Shown here piece after piece: positions 13,900-28,163 of a DNA stretch of 64,000 nucleotides; positions within the stretch are counted from its first letter, which is position 1, and the number at the start of each line of letters is the position of its first letter. Source of the stretch: Chiloscyllium plagiosum (taxonomy: Eukaryota); NCBI RefSeq assembly GCF_004010195.1, contig NC_057719.1, positions 91,065,978 through 91,129,977 of the forward strand, written 5' to 3'. The notes below the pieces were generated by a model. It saw only the letters and a list, made by a program, of their open reading frames with translations. It did no database searches and was not told the DNA's origin. The position numbers and the translations under genes are program-made.

Positions 13900-16800
13900 T
13901 AATTTTTATTAGTGTTTTTTATTGGAATACACAAGACAACAAATATTTATATGTTGGCATGCTTAATGAATATTTTATTTTACTGGTTTATAAAAATAAA
14001 ATACAAAATAATTTTAGAACACAACATAAAACACTGTACAAGGCTTTGATATGATACAAATCAAAGAACTTAAATAATTACAACTTTATGTACACCCTAC
14101 CTTCAAACAATGTATGCCATTTTGTTCAATGTACTCTACAGTTGAAATGTGCCAGACCATTTGATACTCATTGCTGCTTTTGTAAATTTTTGTATTGACT
14201 CTAAGGTGGGCTCCATTAAACAACCTCTTGCCCAGCAAAATTGTTAGTATAAAAGGTGTTAAATCCTTTATTTCCCCTTCAAGTTGTCCAAAGGCAACAA
14301 TGCAAATTAGATGTGATTTAGGATGGGAAATCTCATTCTATTTAACCACAAATAATAAGTAGAACCATTATATAGAACCTTTAACAGTTTACAAATTATT
14401 CTTTAGCTTCAGAGTTGAGAAACTTGTTTGTTATTTGACCATAGCTAAGCTTTTTGCATATGTAGCCACATCGCACATATTTGAACAATCTCTTTCAGGG
14501 AAAGAGGTTTGACAAGGTGTATGGAGCCCACTTTTCAGTCTCATTTCTAAAACAAAATGGGCATTATGCTAGATAATCCCAAAAGCAGTTAAGCTAGAAG
14601 CCTAATAGAACTGAAGGAATCGCAATTAAAAAAGGAACTTCGGGCTGCAAGCAGTTTTTGCAAAAACCCTTTCGCACCTTCAATGAAACCGTTTACTAAT
14701 GTCATGGCCAATAAGTCTTCCTGTGCACACAATTTGTAAGTGAGCCCCATAAGGCTAGAAGAGGTCAGCAACTTTATAATCGCTCCTTCCCTTTCTCAAC
14801 TGTTAACATAAAATACAAAGTTCGAAATGACTTTAGATTAACTTTTAATTAATGCATGCATAAAGCTTTACTGACCCATTTTTGAACTTACTACATTGAT
14901 ACTAATTTACATATTATACCATGAGCAGAGATTAGAATAATATTCAGCTAATATGAGCATTAGTAATCTAGAGTCACTTCAATTGACAGGTTTGAGAAGT
15001 GCAGTAATTCCCTTTCAGAAAATATGCATGATTTTGCACTAACCATTGGAATTCAGCAGAAGTGACATTATTTTGTGACCTTGCATAAACATCTCCAAAC
15101 TTAGTTAAAGCTGCTAGAATCCCCCTGTTTTGATCAAGTCCATTTCTTTCCACTTTGTTAAAGCTAGATTCTTAAAATTCCCAGTTTTGATAACACTTAT
15201 ACTATTAAATAATACAGTAACTTTTAAAAATCTTTATTTTGGGAAGAAATCTAATGCAGTGCAAGGCAGACACAGGAAACTGGTACAGACTTACTGTTAG
15301 GGCAAAATCCCAAAATCCGCAGCTTTAAAAAAGTGCATGCTGGATGTTTAAGAGTCAGATGACTATTGGGCAATCAATAGAAACAGCAATTTGGATAACA
15401 TTGTTTTTGAGTGTTTCTTTGTCGCCTTTACAGTACAGTTACAAAAGGAAAAAAAAATCCAATTTGTTCTACTTCCAATCCTGACATCTTTCACATTTAA
15501 AACCTCTGTACAGTTATAGACGTGCACACTCGGTTTCTCACTTTACAATGGTTCAGAATCATTTCATTTTTTAAAGTTCAATTCGGGAGTGCGTATTTCC
15601 CCAATCCTGACATTAAGGTTTTGCATGCCAGGAAGAAAATGTAAAGCAACAGCATTCAGGCACGCAAAATCAATCTTACACCCTGTAGCCAATAAAGTCT
15701 AATCCTTAGGGAAACAATAAATACATACATATACTGTACGACATGCAGTTATCAATAGCATCTATAATACAATAATATACAAACCATAAAACAGGACTTC
15801 AATTTCTTTAAGCATTCAAAACAGTTGTTGAAAGGTTATAAATTACCCAGCATGTTACATTACAGTTGGAAAATATTACACACATTAAATAATTTACCCA
15901 CCCAAGGAAAGCTTGAAAAAAAGTGATAGCTGATGTGATTTCCATTTAATAATCAGGCTTCAAGTGACAAATGTGTCTTGTAGGAAACTCCCACTTACTT
16001 AACTCAGAGTTTCTTGCCTTGGCAGCAAAATAATACATAGATAAAATACATTAATATTTTTAGTCAGGCACATGGCAATCAAATGCTGATCGGTAATAGT
16101 TTACACATAATGATATGTGTAGGAAGTAATATAAATCTTTATTTTCTTTAGGAACTATCACTCCAAAATCAATTACTCATTGATTTTTCTCTTCTTTTGG
16201 TGATTACTTATTTGGATGATGTCTGTTATCACAGTGGTTGCAAGGATTATAGTTAGTAAACATTTAAAGGAGAGCTTTCCTTATTATTACGAAAAGACGT
16301 CCACAGCTATGGACTGCTATGTATTGCAGTTCTTCCCAAACTTTTTCCTGTGGCCTCATTTTGTGGTTTGAATATTGTTGTGAGAGAGTGGGGTCGATTA
16401 CAGCAAGATAGAGCTATCCTAACTCCGTCAGATTTCCACCTGCTGCCTCAGAGATCGCGGTTTCAATATTTCAGCTCACAGCCGCACTTGGGGTCCCAAC
16501 TTTGGGAAGACCAAGTCAGTGTATTTTATTGGGACTGGACCAAGTCACAATTTCATTTAAACTTTAGGGAAAGAGTGGAAGAAAACAATTGAGGCTTCTT
16601 TATTCCCCTCCAACCTCTCACTCATTTCATGCCTGTTTTCAAAGTATTAGCATCTTACACCCTTTTAAAGGAGGTAATTAAAGATTTTGCCTTCTGATTC
16701 CATAGGGCAATGCAAATCTAGGAAAACTAACCTACCAGTATCAGTTGTCAATTCTCTGCAACAGACACACACGCTCCAGTCCTTCAACTATTTTGAGTTC

Positions 16801-17353
16801 AACTACTCTCTATGAACTCTGAATCAATTAGTTAATTAAATTAGATTTTATTTATATCTGGACACACTGTACATTAAAAAAAAAACACAGTTGACAAATG
16901 TGTAAAAAGATGGCAAAAATATTATATTAATTTTGGTGTCCGAAAATGCTACAGCAGCCTTTCTTCTATTTATGAACTTCTGAGATCTAAAATGGCACAA
17001 GAACAAGTCAAGTCATAAATTTTGGAGAACGGTGTATACATTGAAAAAGGTGGAAGTATTAGACTAGTATTTCCTACTCAAATAGCTCAAGGCAGCAGAA
17101 GCCAAAAAAAAACCTAGCAGCACTCTTGCACAGCGTATGACCGTAAGTGTACTGTGCTATCAATCAATTTTAGTTTTACTGATAGCTTTCCTAGTTTATA
17201 CAAAGCAGCACCTGTCCAACACTTGGATCCAAAATGGCATTTAAGCTACTGTCCAGTAAAGGAAAGATAACAGCAGATTTTCTTTTAGTAAAGACTAAAT
17301 AACATGCAACAAGGAGGTGAAGAAGGGGAAAGAGATACTTGCACAAATTGTTA
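13900..17353 (-). other. TTBK2: Probable TTBK2 3' UTR (~3.4 kb)
   Basis: AT-rich stretch directly after the stop with no recognisable TE, in an otherwise TE-saturated window. It ends at a cluster of minus-strand AATAAA signals. The end point is inferred. Confidence 0.6.
13905..13979 (-). terminator. Cluster of candidate polyadenylation signals
   Basis: Plus-strand TTTATT at 13905-13910, 13918-13923 and 13974-13979. Confidence 0.5.
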
Positions 17354-17902
<549 letters not shown>

Positions 17903-18264
17903 TTATAAATTTGTTATATTATTGATTGTGGACAGCTTTCTTCCCACAGCAGAGATTGCAAGTACAGCACTCAGATGCCATCTTTAAGATGAGCCATTAG
18001 ACTCAGGAATTGCTTTCTACCTGAAGTGAGGATGGAGTTTGGCCCTGAAATTTGTTACTCTAGGATTAAAAATTGGTCAACAGAGTTCTCATCAGTTTTG
18101 TTTTCCTGACGGTTGTTCATCTCCCAATCAAAACACTCAGAGTCAGATTCATAATGCATGGAGACAGACTCTTTGGTCCTTGCCAACTAGATAACATTAA
18201 TTAATCTAGTCGCATTTACCAGTACGAGGCTCACATCCCTCTAAACCCTTCTCTTATTCATATA

Positions 18265-19060
18265 ACAATCACCAGCCAGGAGTGTTCCCTCCCAGTCAGG
18301 GAATACTTCAATGATTCAGAGACATTCAGGCTCAGACCTTCGGGTGACCATCCTCCAAGGCAAACTTCGGGACAGGCAGCAACGTTAAGTGACCGACTAA
18401 AGGTTGGTAGCTAAGTTCGGTACCCACGGGGATGGCCTCAACGGGGTCCCTGGGTTCATGTCACACTACAGATGACCCCACTGCACTATACACTCTTTCA
18501 CACGCAAACAAACACAGAACCTCTCTCACACACAAGCTCTCTCTCATACGCTCACACAAGCACCCTCTCACAGACTTATACCCATTTTTTACACACACAC
18601 ACATTCTCTCTCTCACACACAGACACACACCCCCACACGCACACTCTCGTCTCGCCTGCACACGCATACAAACAAGTTGGTGGGGTGAATTTGTACTTGC
18701 AGAATTACATTTTAGTTTGCTCAAAAACTGCATAAATCCAAGATGCTGTAAATTCCACTTTACAAATTGAATCAGTCTGACCTAACATTGGAACACATAC
18801 AGACTTTAACCTCACACCTTCAATGCATTATCTGAGCTGAGATGGCACCTATTGTTAAAGCTATCTTGAGAATGCAACTTTTTCAAGTTCTGGGATTTAC
18901 ATACGAAGGAACGGAAACTAACATGATCATTTCAAAAGATGAAAGATTTAAGCTAAATTTGTTTAATATTATATTCCATGACATTGCAATCCTGTTGCAA
19001 TAAATTCTGTGTATTATGATTCTGCTCCTCAACCACCTGAAGAAGCACTGCTTCGAACTT
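18265..19060 (+). mobile_element. Penelope-like 3' fragment with (CA)n-rich spacer and pLTR
   Basis: Same family as 41800-42615 and 61222-62360 (GIY-YIG end, CA-rich tract, gtgaatttgta.ttgcaga motif). Confidence 0.8.
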
Positions 19061-20199
19061 TTGGACTTTCCTATTCTGGATACTCCTATTCTCCATTTAC
19101 TCCATGATTTTATAAACTTCTATAAAGTCATTTCTCAGCCTCTGACAGTTCAGGTAAGATAGTCCCAGTCTATTCAGCCTCTCCCTATACCTCGAACTCT
19201 CCAACCCTGGCAACATCCTTGCAGATCATTTCTGAACCCTTTTAAGTTTCCTTCTTATAGCAGGGAGATCTGAACGCAGTATTCCAAAGGTGTCCGAACC
19301 AATATCCTACACAGCCACAACTTGACATCCCAACTTCTATACTCAATGCGCTGACTAACAAATGCAAGTTTACCAAGTCAAGAGTGTGTTGCTGGAAAAG
19401 CACAGCAGGTCAGGTAGCATCGAGAAGCAGGAGAATTGACGTTTTGGGCCAGAGCCAAGTACCTTCTTAATCACCCTGCTTATCAGGGACTCCACTTTCA
19501 AGGAACAATGAACCTGCACCCATAGGTCTCTTTGTCAGCAACACTCCCCAGGACCTTACCATTAAGGTGTTTATGTCCTATCCTAATGTGCCCTACCAAA
19601 ACACAGCACCTCACATTTATCTAAATTAAACTCCATCTGCCACTCCTTGATCCATACCTCATTGTAGTCTGAGGTAATCTTCTTCGCTGTCACTACACCA
19701 CCAACTTTGGCGTCATCTGCAAACTTACTAATCATACCTTCTATATTCACATCAAAATCATTTACATAAATGACAAAAAGGAGTGGACCTAGCACTGATC
19801 ATTACAGCAAACCACTGGTCATTGGCACCCAGTCTGAAAAGCAATCCTCCACCTCCACTTTCCTACTTTAGTGACAATGCAGTCACTTTTAAAAGGTTAT
19901 TTATGCTTGGATTTTTTTTCTCTCAAGAGAGGTGTCAAAATGTCTACTTTACAATGGCAGAGGAGTGGCCAGATCCCCCGTTCACGTTTTTTCTAGTTTG
20001 GTTTAGTTGTAACAGTAAGAAGCTGCTAGTTTAGCTGTAGTAGAGAAGCTGCTGCAGTGCAGAGAATGGTTCCAAACTTCGTCAGATGGTTCCTGGCTGA
20101 CTTTCTCTCTGAAATCTCTCCTCACTGTAAGCACCTGTGTTTGAATTTCCCTTTCACCATGTGGTCTGTTTATGGAATGCTATAGAAATTGGAACAAAC

Positions 20200-22520
20200 C
20201 AACTGCGTTAGGGGATTCTCTAGTCCGAGGTATAGGCAGACGTTTCTGTGGCCAGCAGCAAAAAATCAGAATGGTGTGCTGCTTCCCTGATGCCAGGATC
20301 AAGGATGTCTCAGAGAGGGTGCAGAATGTTCTCACGGTGGAGAGGGGCCAGCAAGAGGTCATTGTCCACATTGGAACCAACGACATAGGAAGGGTAAAGG
20401 TTGAGAGTCTGAAGGGTGATTAGAGAGAGTTAGGCAGGAACTTAAAAAGGAGGTCCTCTAGAGTAGTAATATCCAAATTGCTCCCAGTGCTACGAGCTAG
20501 TGAGGGCAGGAATAAAAGGATACAGTAGATGAATGCATGGCTGAGGTGCTGGTGTATGGAAGAAGGATTCACATTTTTGTATCACTGGAATCTCTTTCAG
20601 GGTAGAAGTGATCTGTATAAGGACAGATTGCACCTAAATTGGATCGGGACTAATATACTGGCAGGGACAGGGACAAGGTAGGACTAATAAATTAAACTGC
20701 ATTTATTTCAATGCAAGGGGCCTAACAGGGAAGGCAGATGAACTCAGGGCATGGTAAAGGACATGGGACTGGGATATCATAGCAATTACAGAAACATGGC
20801 TCAGGGATGGGCAGGACTGGCAGCTTAATGGTCCAGGATGCAAATGCTACAGGAAGGATAGAAAGGGAGGCAAGGAAGGAGGGGGAGTGGCGTTTTTGAC
20901 AAGGGATAGCATTACAGCTATGCTGAGGGAGGATATATCCAGGGAATTTATTTGGGTGGAACTGAGAAATAAGAAAGGGATGATCACCTTATTGGGATTG
21001 TATTATAGACAGAGGGAAATTGAGAAACAAAATGTGTAAGGAGATCTCAGGTATCTGTAAGAATAATAGGGTGATTATGGTCGGGGATTTTAACTTTCCA
21101 AACATAGACTGGGACTGCCATAGTGTTAAGGGTTTAGATGGAAGGGAATTTGTTAAGTGTGCACAAGACAATTTTCTGATTCCATATGTGGATGTACCTA
21201 CTAGAGAAGGTGCAAAGCTTGACCTACTCTTGGAAAATAAGGCAGGGCAGGTGACGGAGGTGTCAGTGGGGGAGCACTTTGGGGCCAGCGACCATAATCC
21301 TATTAGATTTAAAATAGTGATGGAAAAGGATAGACGAGATCTAAAAGTTGAAGTTCTAAATTGGAGTATTAGGCAATAACTTTCAAAAGATGATTGGGAG
21401 CAGATGTTCGCAGGTAAAGGGATGGCTGGAAATTGGGAAGCCTTCAGAAATGAGATAATGAGAATCCAGAGAAAGTATATTCTTGTCAGGATGAAAGGAA
21501 AGGCTGGTATGTATAGGGAATGCTGGATGACTAAAGAAATTGAGGGTTTGGTTAAGAAAAAGAAGGAAGCATATGTAAGGTATAGACAGGATCGATCGAG
21601 TGAATCCTTAGAAGAGTATAAAGGCAGTAGGAGTATACTCAAGAGGGAAAGCAGGTGGGCGAAATGGGGACATGAGATAGCTTTGGCAAATAGAATTAAA
21701 GAGAATCCAAAGGGCTTTTGCAAATACGTTAAGGACAAAAGGGTAACTAGGGAGAAAATAGGGCCCCTCAAAGATCAGCAAGGCGGTCTTTGTTGGAGCC
21801 ACAGAAAATGGGAGAGATACTAAACTAAACAAAGTAATTTGCATCAGTATTTGCTGTGGAAAAGGATATAGAAAACATAGACTGTAGGGAAATAGATGGT
21901 GACATCTTGCAAAATGTCCAGATTACAGAGGATGAAGTGTTGCATGTCTTGAAACGGTTAAAGGTGGATAAATCCCCAGGACCTGATCAAGTGTACCCGA
22001 GAACTCTGTGAGAAGCTAGAGAAATGATTTCTGGGCCTCTTGCTGAGATATTTGTATCATCGATAGTCACAGGTGAGGTGCCGGAAGACTGGAGGTTGGT
22101 TAACGTGGTGCCACTGTTTAAGAAGGGCAGTAAGGACTAGCCAGGGAACTATAGACTGGTGAGCCTGACCTCGGTGGTGGGCAAGTTGTTGGAGGGAATC
22201 CGGAGGGACAGGATATACATGTATTTGGAAAGGCAAGGACTAACGACACAGTTCAAACAATCAGACTGGAGGCCTGTGACCAGTGGAGTGCCACAAGGAT
22301 TGGTGCTGGGCCCTCTACTTTTTGTCATTTACATAAATGATTTGGATGCGAGCATAAGAGGTACAGTTAGTAAGTTTGCAGATGACACCAAAATTGGAGG
22401 TGTAGTGGACAGCGAAGAGGTTTATCTCAGATTACACAGGATCTTGACCAGCTGGGCCAATGGGCAGAGAAGTGGCAGATGGAGTTTAATTCAGCTAAAT
22501 GAGAGGTTCTGCATTTTGCT
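20200..22520 (+). mobile_element. CR1 LINE (ORF1 esterase, APE endonuclease, internally deleted RT) inserted into the gypsy 5' LTR
   Basis: LGDSLVRG...IVHIGTND (SGNH/GDSL esterase of ORF1); MVGDFNFPNIDW and SDHN (APE); SGVPQGLVLGPLLF...KFADDTK (RT). Confidence 0.92.
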
Positions 22521-24525
22521 GATTTAATAATTCCAGTTTGGATTCAGGGTTGTTGAACTCCAAGGCAGTGAGTGGTAGGTCTTTCGTTCCGAGTGATTAT
22601 TTCAGCTGGTTTAAGCAATGCTTGAAGTAATGGCTCTTTCAGTCACAAAGAGTCTTCTTGGGCTGGATGAAGTGACTCTGGGGTTTTACAAAAACGTGAG
22701 CAAGGCAAAGCTCTTGAAATTGGCAGACAAGTTGGAGGGGAGGTTGCCTTCATTTGGGAGAAAAGGGGAAGTAATTACAGCATTTGCTCAGCATTTAAAT
22801 CTGTTGGAACTGCCATTGGAATCTTTGGAAAAGGCTAGAATTCAATTGCCAATGAAGCTGCTTGAAATGAGATGGAAATGAAACAGTTTGAATTACCTTT
22901 AAAAGCAGAGGGAAGAGAAAAAGAACAAATCGCCCTAGTAGAACAAAAAGAAAAAGAAAAAGGACAGAATGGCTTGAGTAGAACAATAAAGAAAAAGGAG
23001 AGGAAGGCTCTAGCAGAAGAAAGGGATAAAGAGAGGAAAGGAAGAAAAAGAGAGAGTTTGAACTTCAGAAATTGGCACATAGGAAAGTTGGCTTAAAAGG
23101 ATGAAGGTGAGGGTAAGAGGGAGACTTAGTGAGGATAGTGAGGATGAGCAAACCCATCATAGCTGAAGGCCTGGTGGGGATATGTTTAAATATATCCAAG
23201 CACGTGGCGAGTGACCACATGGGTTTTGTTGATCTCAACAAAGCTAGTAGATAGAGCTACTGAGGTATGCGCATCAGTATCACAGGAGGTATCTGGGCAG
23301 TACGAGGAGCTGAAGAAAGCCATCTTAAGTGCATATGAACTTGTGCTGGAATCCTACAGACAATGTTTCAAGCATCTGAGGAGGGACCCAGGTCAAGTTT
23401 GAAAGGATCAAACAAAGCAATTTTGATAGGTGAATAAGGGCATTAAAACAAAATCAAACATATGGCGCTCTGAGAAAGACGATTATTTTGGAGAAGTTCA
23501 AAAATTTACTTCATGAAATAGTGAGAACTCATGTGGAAGAGCAGAGAGTTAAAATGGCAAGATTAGCAGCTGAAATGGCTGATGATTATGAGTTGGTTTA
23601 TAAATCAAAGTTTGGCTTCCAACATCAATCTGTGAGGGATAAAAATTGGGGAAGGAGAAATACTCACGTGGTAAAGGAAAAGTAGATCTTGGTGAAGGTC
23701 TGAATGATAACTTACCACATGGTAAAGAGGACCCCATGAAGGGGAAAGGCAAGTTAAAAAGCTCCTGTGTTTTCACAATGAAGTAGGCCACTTGAAGTTC
23801 AAATGTAGGAAGACAAATGGGAAGACAAATGTAGGAAAACAGGATAACCAGTGAATTTTGTTGAAGTGGTAAAGGAAAGGACAGTGGACGCTGAAAAGCT
23901 GCACCAGAGTGTACAACCTGGTCAGAAGTTGGTTAAGGAGGTGGTGCCGGATCTTCTTAAACTATTTACTCGCAATGGCAATGTTTACTCACATTGGTCA
24001 GGAGGAGCAGGTAAAGAAGTTACAGTATTAAGACACACAGGATCATGTCAATCTTTGATGCTAAGAGAGGAGGAGATATGTAACTCAGAAGGACTATTGC
24101 CAGAAAAAGTGCTTGTACATGCAATTCATGGTGGGACAAGAAGTGCTCAGTCATGCAGTGAGGTTAGAATGTCCAGTGAAAAGTGAAGCCATGGTAGGAT
24201 TACTGGAGGAACTCTTGGTTCCAGGAATACAATTTGTCCGTGCTAACAATATCACTGGGTCACAGGTAGGAGTGTTGCCTACTGTGATTGAAAAACCAGT
24301 GGAAAATCAGGCAAATGAGGTATTATAGGAAGTATATCCTGGGATTTTTCCTGACTGTGTGGTAAACAAGCTCACGTAGTCACCAGTTGGGAACAGGAGG
24401 ATAAATCAAGGAATACAGATAAGAAAGTTGAAGTAGAATTATCAGAAACCATGTCTGATCAAATGGTTGTGACAAAACAGAAACAGGTGGAGGACAAAGT
24501 GGATAGTTTTAGCTAAGAGAAATTA

Positions 24526-24741
24526 GTGTCGAGAGTGTGGTGCTGCCAGTCAGGCAGCATTTGAGAGCAGGAGAATCAACGTTTAGGGCATAAGCCCTTC
24601 ATCAAGAATAAGGCTTGTGGGCCGGGCGGATGAGAGATAAATGGGACATGGTGGGGGGCAGCTGAGAAGGTCCCCGGTGCTGAAGCAGCACAACACTCTC
24701 GGCTCTGATCTCCAGCATCTGCAGTCCTCACTCTCTCCTCC
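24526..24741. mobile_element. Penelope pLTR mini-insertion inside the gypsy element
   Basis: Inverted pLTR plus tail; TSD GCT(A/C)AGAGAAATTA at 24512-24525 and 24742-24755. Confidence 0.8.
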
Positions 24742-27604
24742 GCTCAGAGAAATTAACCGAGTTACAACAGAAAGATGAAAAACTGAAGCAATTCTAACAA
24801 AAAGCACACACAGAAGAAGAATCTGAGTTTATCCCTGAATGCTACTATCTTAAAAATGAAGTTTTGAACAGGAAATGGAGACCATCACATATTCAGGCAG
24901 ATGAGAATTGGGCAGAAGTTCATTAAGCTGTATTACCAGTGGGTTACAGAAAGGTGGCGTCACATCTAGTACATTAATTACCAGTAGGAGATCATTTAGG
25001 GGTCAGAAAAGCTCAAGTTAAATAAAAAAAAATCATTTTTACTGGCCTGGACTGCACAAGGATGTCAGTGAGTTTTGTCAGACATGTCATACATGTCAGG
25101 TAAGTGGAAAAACACAAGCAGTAATAAAACCCACACCTTTAATACCCATTCCTGCATTTGAGGAATTTTTTTACAAGAGTCTTAATTGATTGCATAGGAC
25201 CCCTACCTACGACAAAAAACAGAAAACTGTATTTGTTAACAATAATGGATGCGTCCACTGGATTTCCATGAGGCCATTCCTTTACACAATATCACAGCTA
25301 AAAGGACTGTACAAGAGTTACTCAAATTTTTCACGAGATATGGACTACCCACTGAGATACAATCAGATCAAGGGTCAAATTTTACATCGAAATTATTCAA
25401 GGAAGTTATGAACGGCTTAGGAATAACAATTCAAACCCACTTCATATCATCAAGAATTGCACAGAGCACCAGAAAGGTGGTATCAGACATTAAAGACAAT
25501 GTTAAGTGCTTATAGTCAAGACTATCCAGATGATTGGAATAAAGGAATTCCATTTGTATTTGTTGTCATGAGTGATGCACCAAATGAATCAACCAAATTC
25601 AATCCATTTGAATTAGTTTTTGGGCATGAAGTGAGAGGACCACTAAAATTGATCAAGGAAAAATTGTTGAGTCGGAATTCAGAGACCACATATTTGGATT
25701 GTGTGTCACGTTTTAGGGAATGGTTAAGTAGAGCTTTGGCTTGACAACTTTTAAAAATATCACAATATATGATGAAACATTGAAATCAAAAACTCGTTAT
25801 TTTGCTAATGAAGACAAAGTGTTAGTGTTAACGTCCAGTGATAGCTGAATCGTTAAAAGTAAGGTTGAGTGGACCTTATCAAATCAAATGGAAATGGAGT
25901 GAGGTTTACTGTTTGATAAGGACTCCAGACAGAAAGAAATATCAGAGTGTTTCATGTGAATATACTCAACACGTATTTTGATAGGGAAGGAAAGCAAAAG
26001 GAAAATGTGTTACTAGTTACAGCAGAGAGAAGAACCAAATTCAGACGATTCTGAATTACATATTCCTCAAATTAAATTGGACAATTAGAAAGTTTTCAAA
26101 AATTGGGATAAATTATTGAGTTACCTATCAGAGGAAAATCGAAATGATTTGAAGAAGTTATTGCTATTGCATGGGAAATATGTGGGAATAAGCTGGAAAG
26201 TATTAATCTAATTGTGCATGATGTAAATATAGGAAATGCTGTTCTGATTAAGCAACATCCTTATAAACTTAACCCTCGAAAGTTGACACTGGTTCAAAAT
26301 GCTCCAAGTCAGCATAATTAAAGTGACTTGCAGTGAGCTCACCCATAGTATTAGTGATGGTAAAAACAGATGGTAACCAATGGTTACGTGTGGACTATCA
26401 CAAAGTCAATGCAATTACAAAGTCTGATTCAGATCCGATTCCACGTTTGGAAGGTGGGACAAGCAACAAGTAAGGTAGGCTTACTCAGAGGGTACTGGCA
26501 AGTCCTTTTATCCAAAGGAGCGAAGACAATTTTGGCTCTTATAACGCCGAATGGACTGTATCAATTTAAACTCATGCCATTTGGTATGAAAAATACATCA
26601 GACATATTTCAAAGACTAACCTATAAACTAATTTCTGGATTACCCAACTGTGTGGTATACGTCGATGACCTGGTGCTTTTTAGTCACACATGGAAGGAAT
26701 ATTTGCAGAATTTATCAGAATTATTTGATCGACTTCAGGAGGCAGGCTTGGTGATAAACCTGGCTAAGAGTGAATTAGCCAAAGCCCAAGTCAAAATTCC
26801 TGGGCCGTTGTATTGGGCCACTCCCCAAGGAACGTGTAAACAAAAGTTATTGGGGAGTTTCCTATACCATCAATGAAGAGAGCATTCCTGGGATTAAGTG
26901 GATTTTATCAGAAATTTGAACTGATCTTTGGCAGTGTAGCTGCTCCAATCACTGAATTATTGAAGAGGTCCAAGAAGTTTCAGTGGACGGCAGACTGTCA
27001 GAAGGCATGAGACAGCCTGAAAGCTGTGGCCTCAGTATTAGCCACACCTAATTATACAAAGTATTTCCAGATGGCTATCGATGCGAGGGATGTAGATGTC
27101 ACGGCTGTACTATTAAAATAGATGACGAGGAGATAGAAAGACCTATCAGATGTTTCTCCAGGAAATTGAAAATTCATTAACAGAGGTATTTGACAGTTGA
27201 GAAGGAGACATTGGTGTTGGCATTACAACATTACGCTGCCAGTAATGTGTCTGAGACAATTATCACATACTTACCATAACCCATTGAAGATTTTGGAGAA
27301 ATTCAAGGACAAAAATTCCAGACTGTTTAGATGGAGCTTATCATTGCAGCCAATCAATTTTAAAATTATACAAATGGCAGGAAGAGAAAACATAATTGCC
27401 AATGCATTGTCGAGACGTGAATGAAAAAATGGAGGCGTGCGGTGCAGGAGTAAACAGATGGGCATAGAAGGAAGTATGCTTGCATGGTTATAGTCAATAC
27501 AGTGTAACTGTATTGGTAGTGTACTAACAGAGTAAGACTAAGGGGTTTTAAATGAAGTCATCTTTGTATATTGGTGGTTCATTGTTTTTAAGGTGCCGGG
27601 GAGG

Positions 27605-28163
27605 TGTAACAACGCTGTCACTTTAAAAAGGTTATTTTGTTCTTGAGTTTTCCTCAAGAGAGGCTGTAAATAAAGAGATGCTGAAATGGCAGGGGAGTGG
27701 CCAGTTTCCCCCCATTCACGTTTTTGTTCTAGTTTGGTTTAGTTGTAACAGTAAGAAGCTGCTGGTTTAGCTGTAGTAGAGAAGCTCTGCAGTATAGAGA
27801 AACGTTCCAAGCTTTAGCAGATGATTCCTGGCTGACTTTCTCTCCGAAATCTTGTTGGCCTGCAAGAACCTGCGTTTGAATTTATCTTTTGCCAAGGGGT
27901 CTGTTTATGAGATGTTGCAGGATTTGGAAAAGTTCCTTACTTATGTTGCTGTATTGGGTCAGTTAAATTATTCTAAATTCTGTTTTCTTTTGTTTGTCTT
28001 TCAACTGTCGTGTTTAAATAAAGTCTGTTTTGCTTAAAACCAAGTGGCTTGACCAGCTGCATCACATCTGGAATATCCACTTCACATCTGCCTTTAAAAT
28101 ATGAAGTTAGGGTCTAGGCTACCTTAAGAATATTTTGAGGGGGGTCTCACCTGGTCCATAACA
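27605..28163 (+). repeat. 3' LTR of the Gmr1-like element (559 bp)
   Basis: Direct repeat of 19870-20198 over its first ~330 bp; TG...CA ends; AATAAA at ~28017. Confidence 0.88.

Larger units (their letters stand above)
19870..28163 (+). mobile_element. Gmr1-like Ty3/gypsy LTR retrotransposon relic (gag-PR-IN-RT-RH)
   Basis: 5' LTR remnant 19870-~20198 and 3' LTR 27605-28163 (TGT...ACA) preceded by a purine tract. SCAN-like gag at ~22620-23790; protease LRHTGS ~24030; integrase HHCC plus SDQGSNF 24960-25750; RT YVDD ~26660; RNase H 27050-27424. The imperfect 4-bp TSD is CTTT/CCTT. Confidence 0.9.

Noticed and set aside
20989..21771. 260-aa hydrophobic minus-strand ORF
   Set aside because: Antisense shadow of purine-rich CR1 ORF2.
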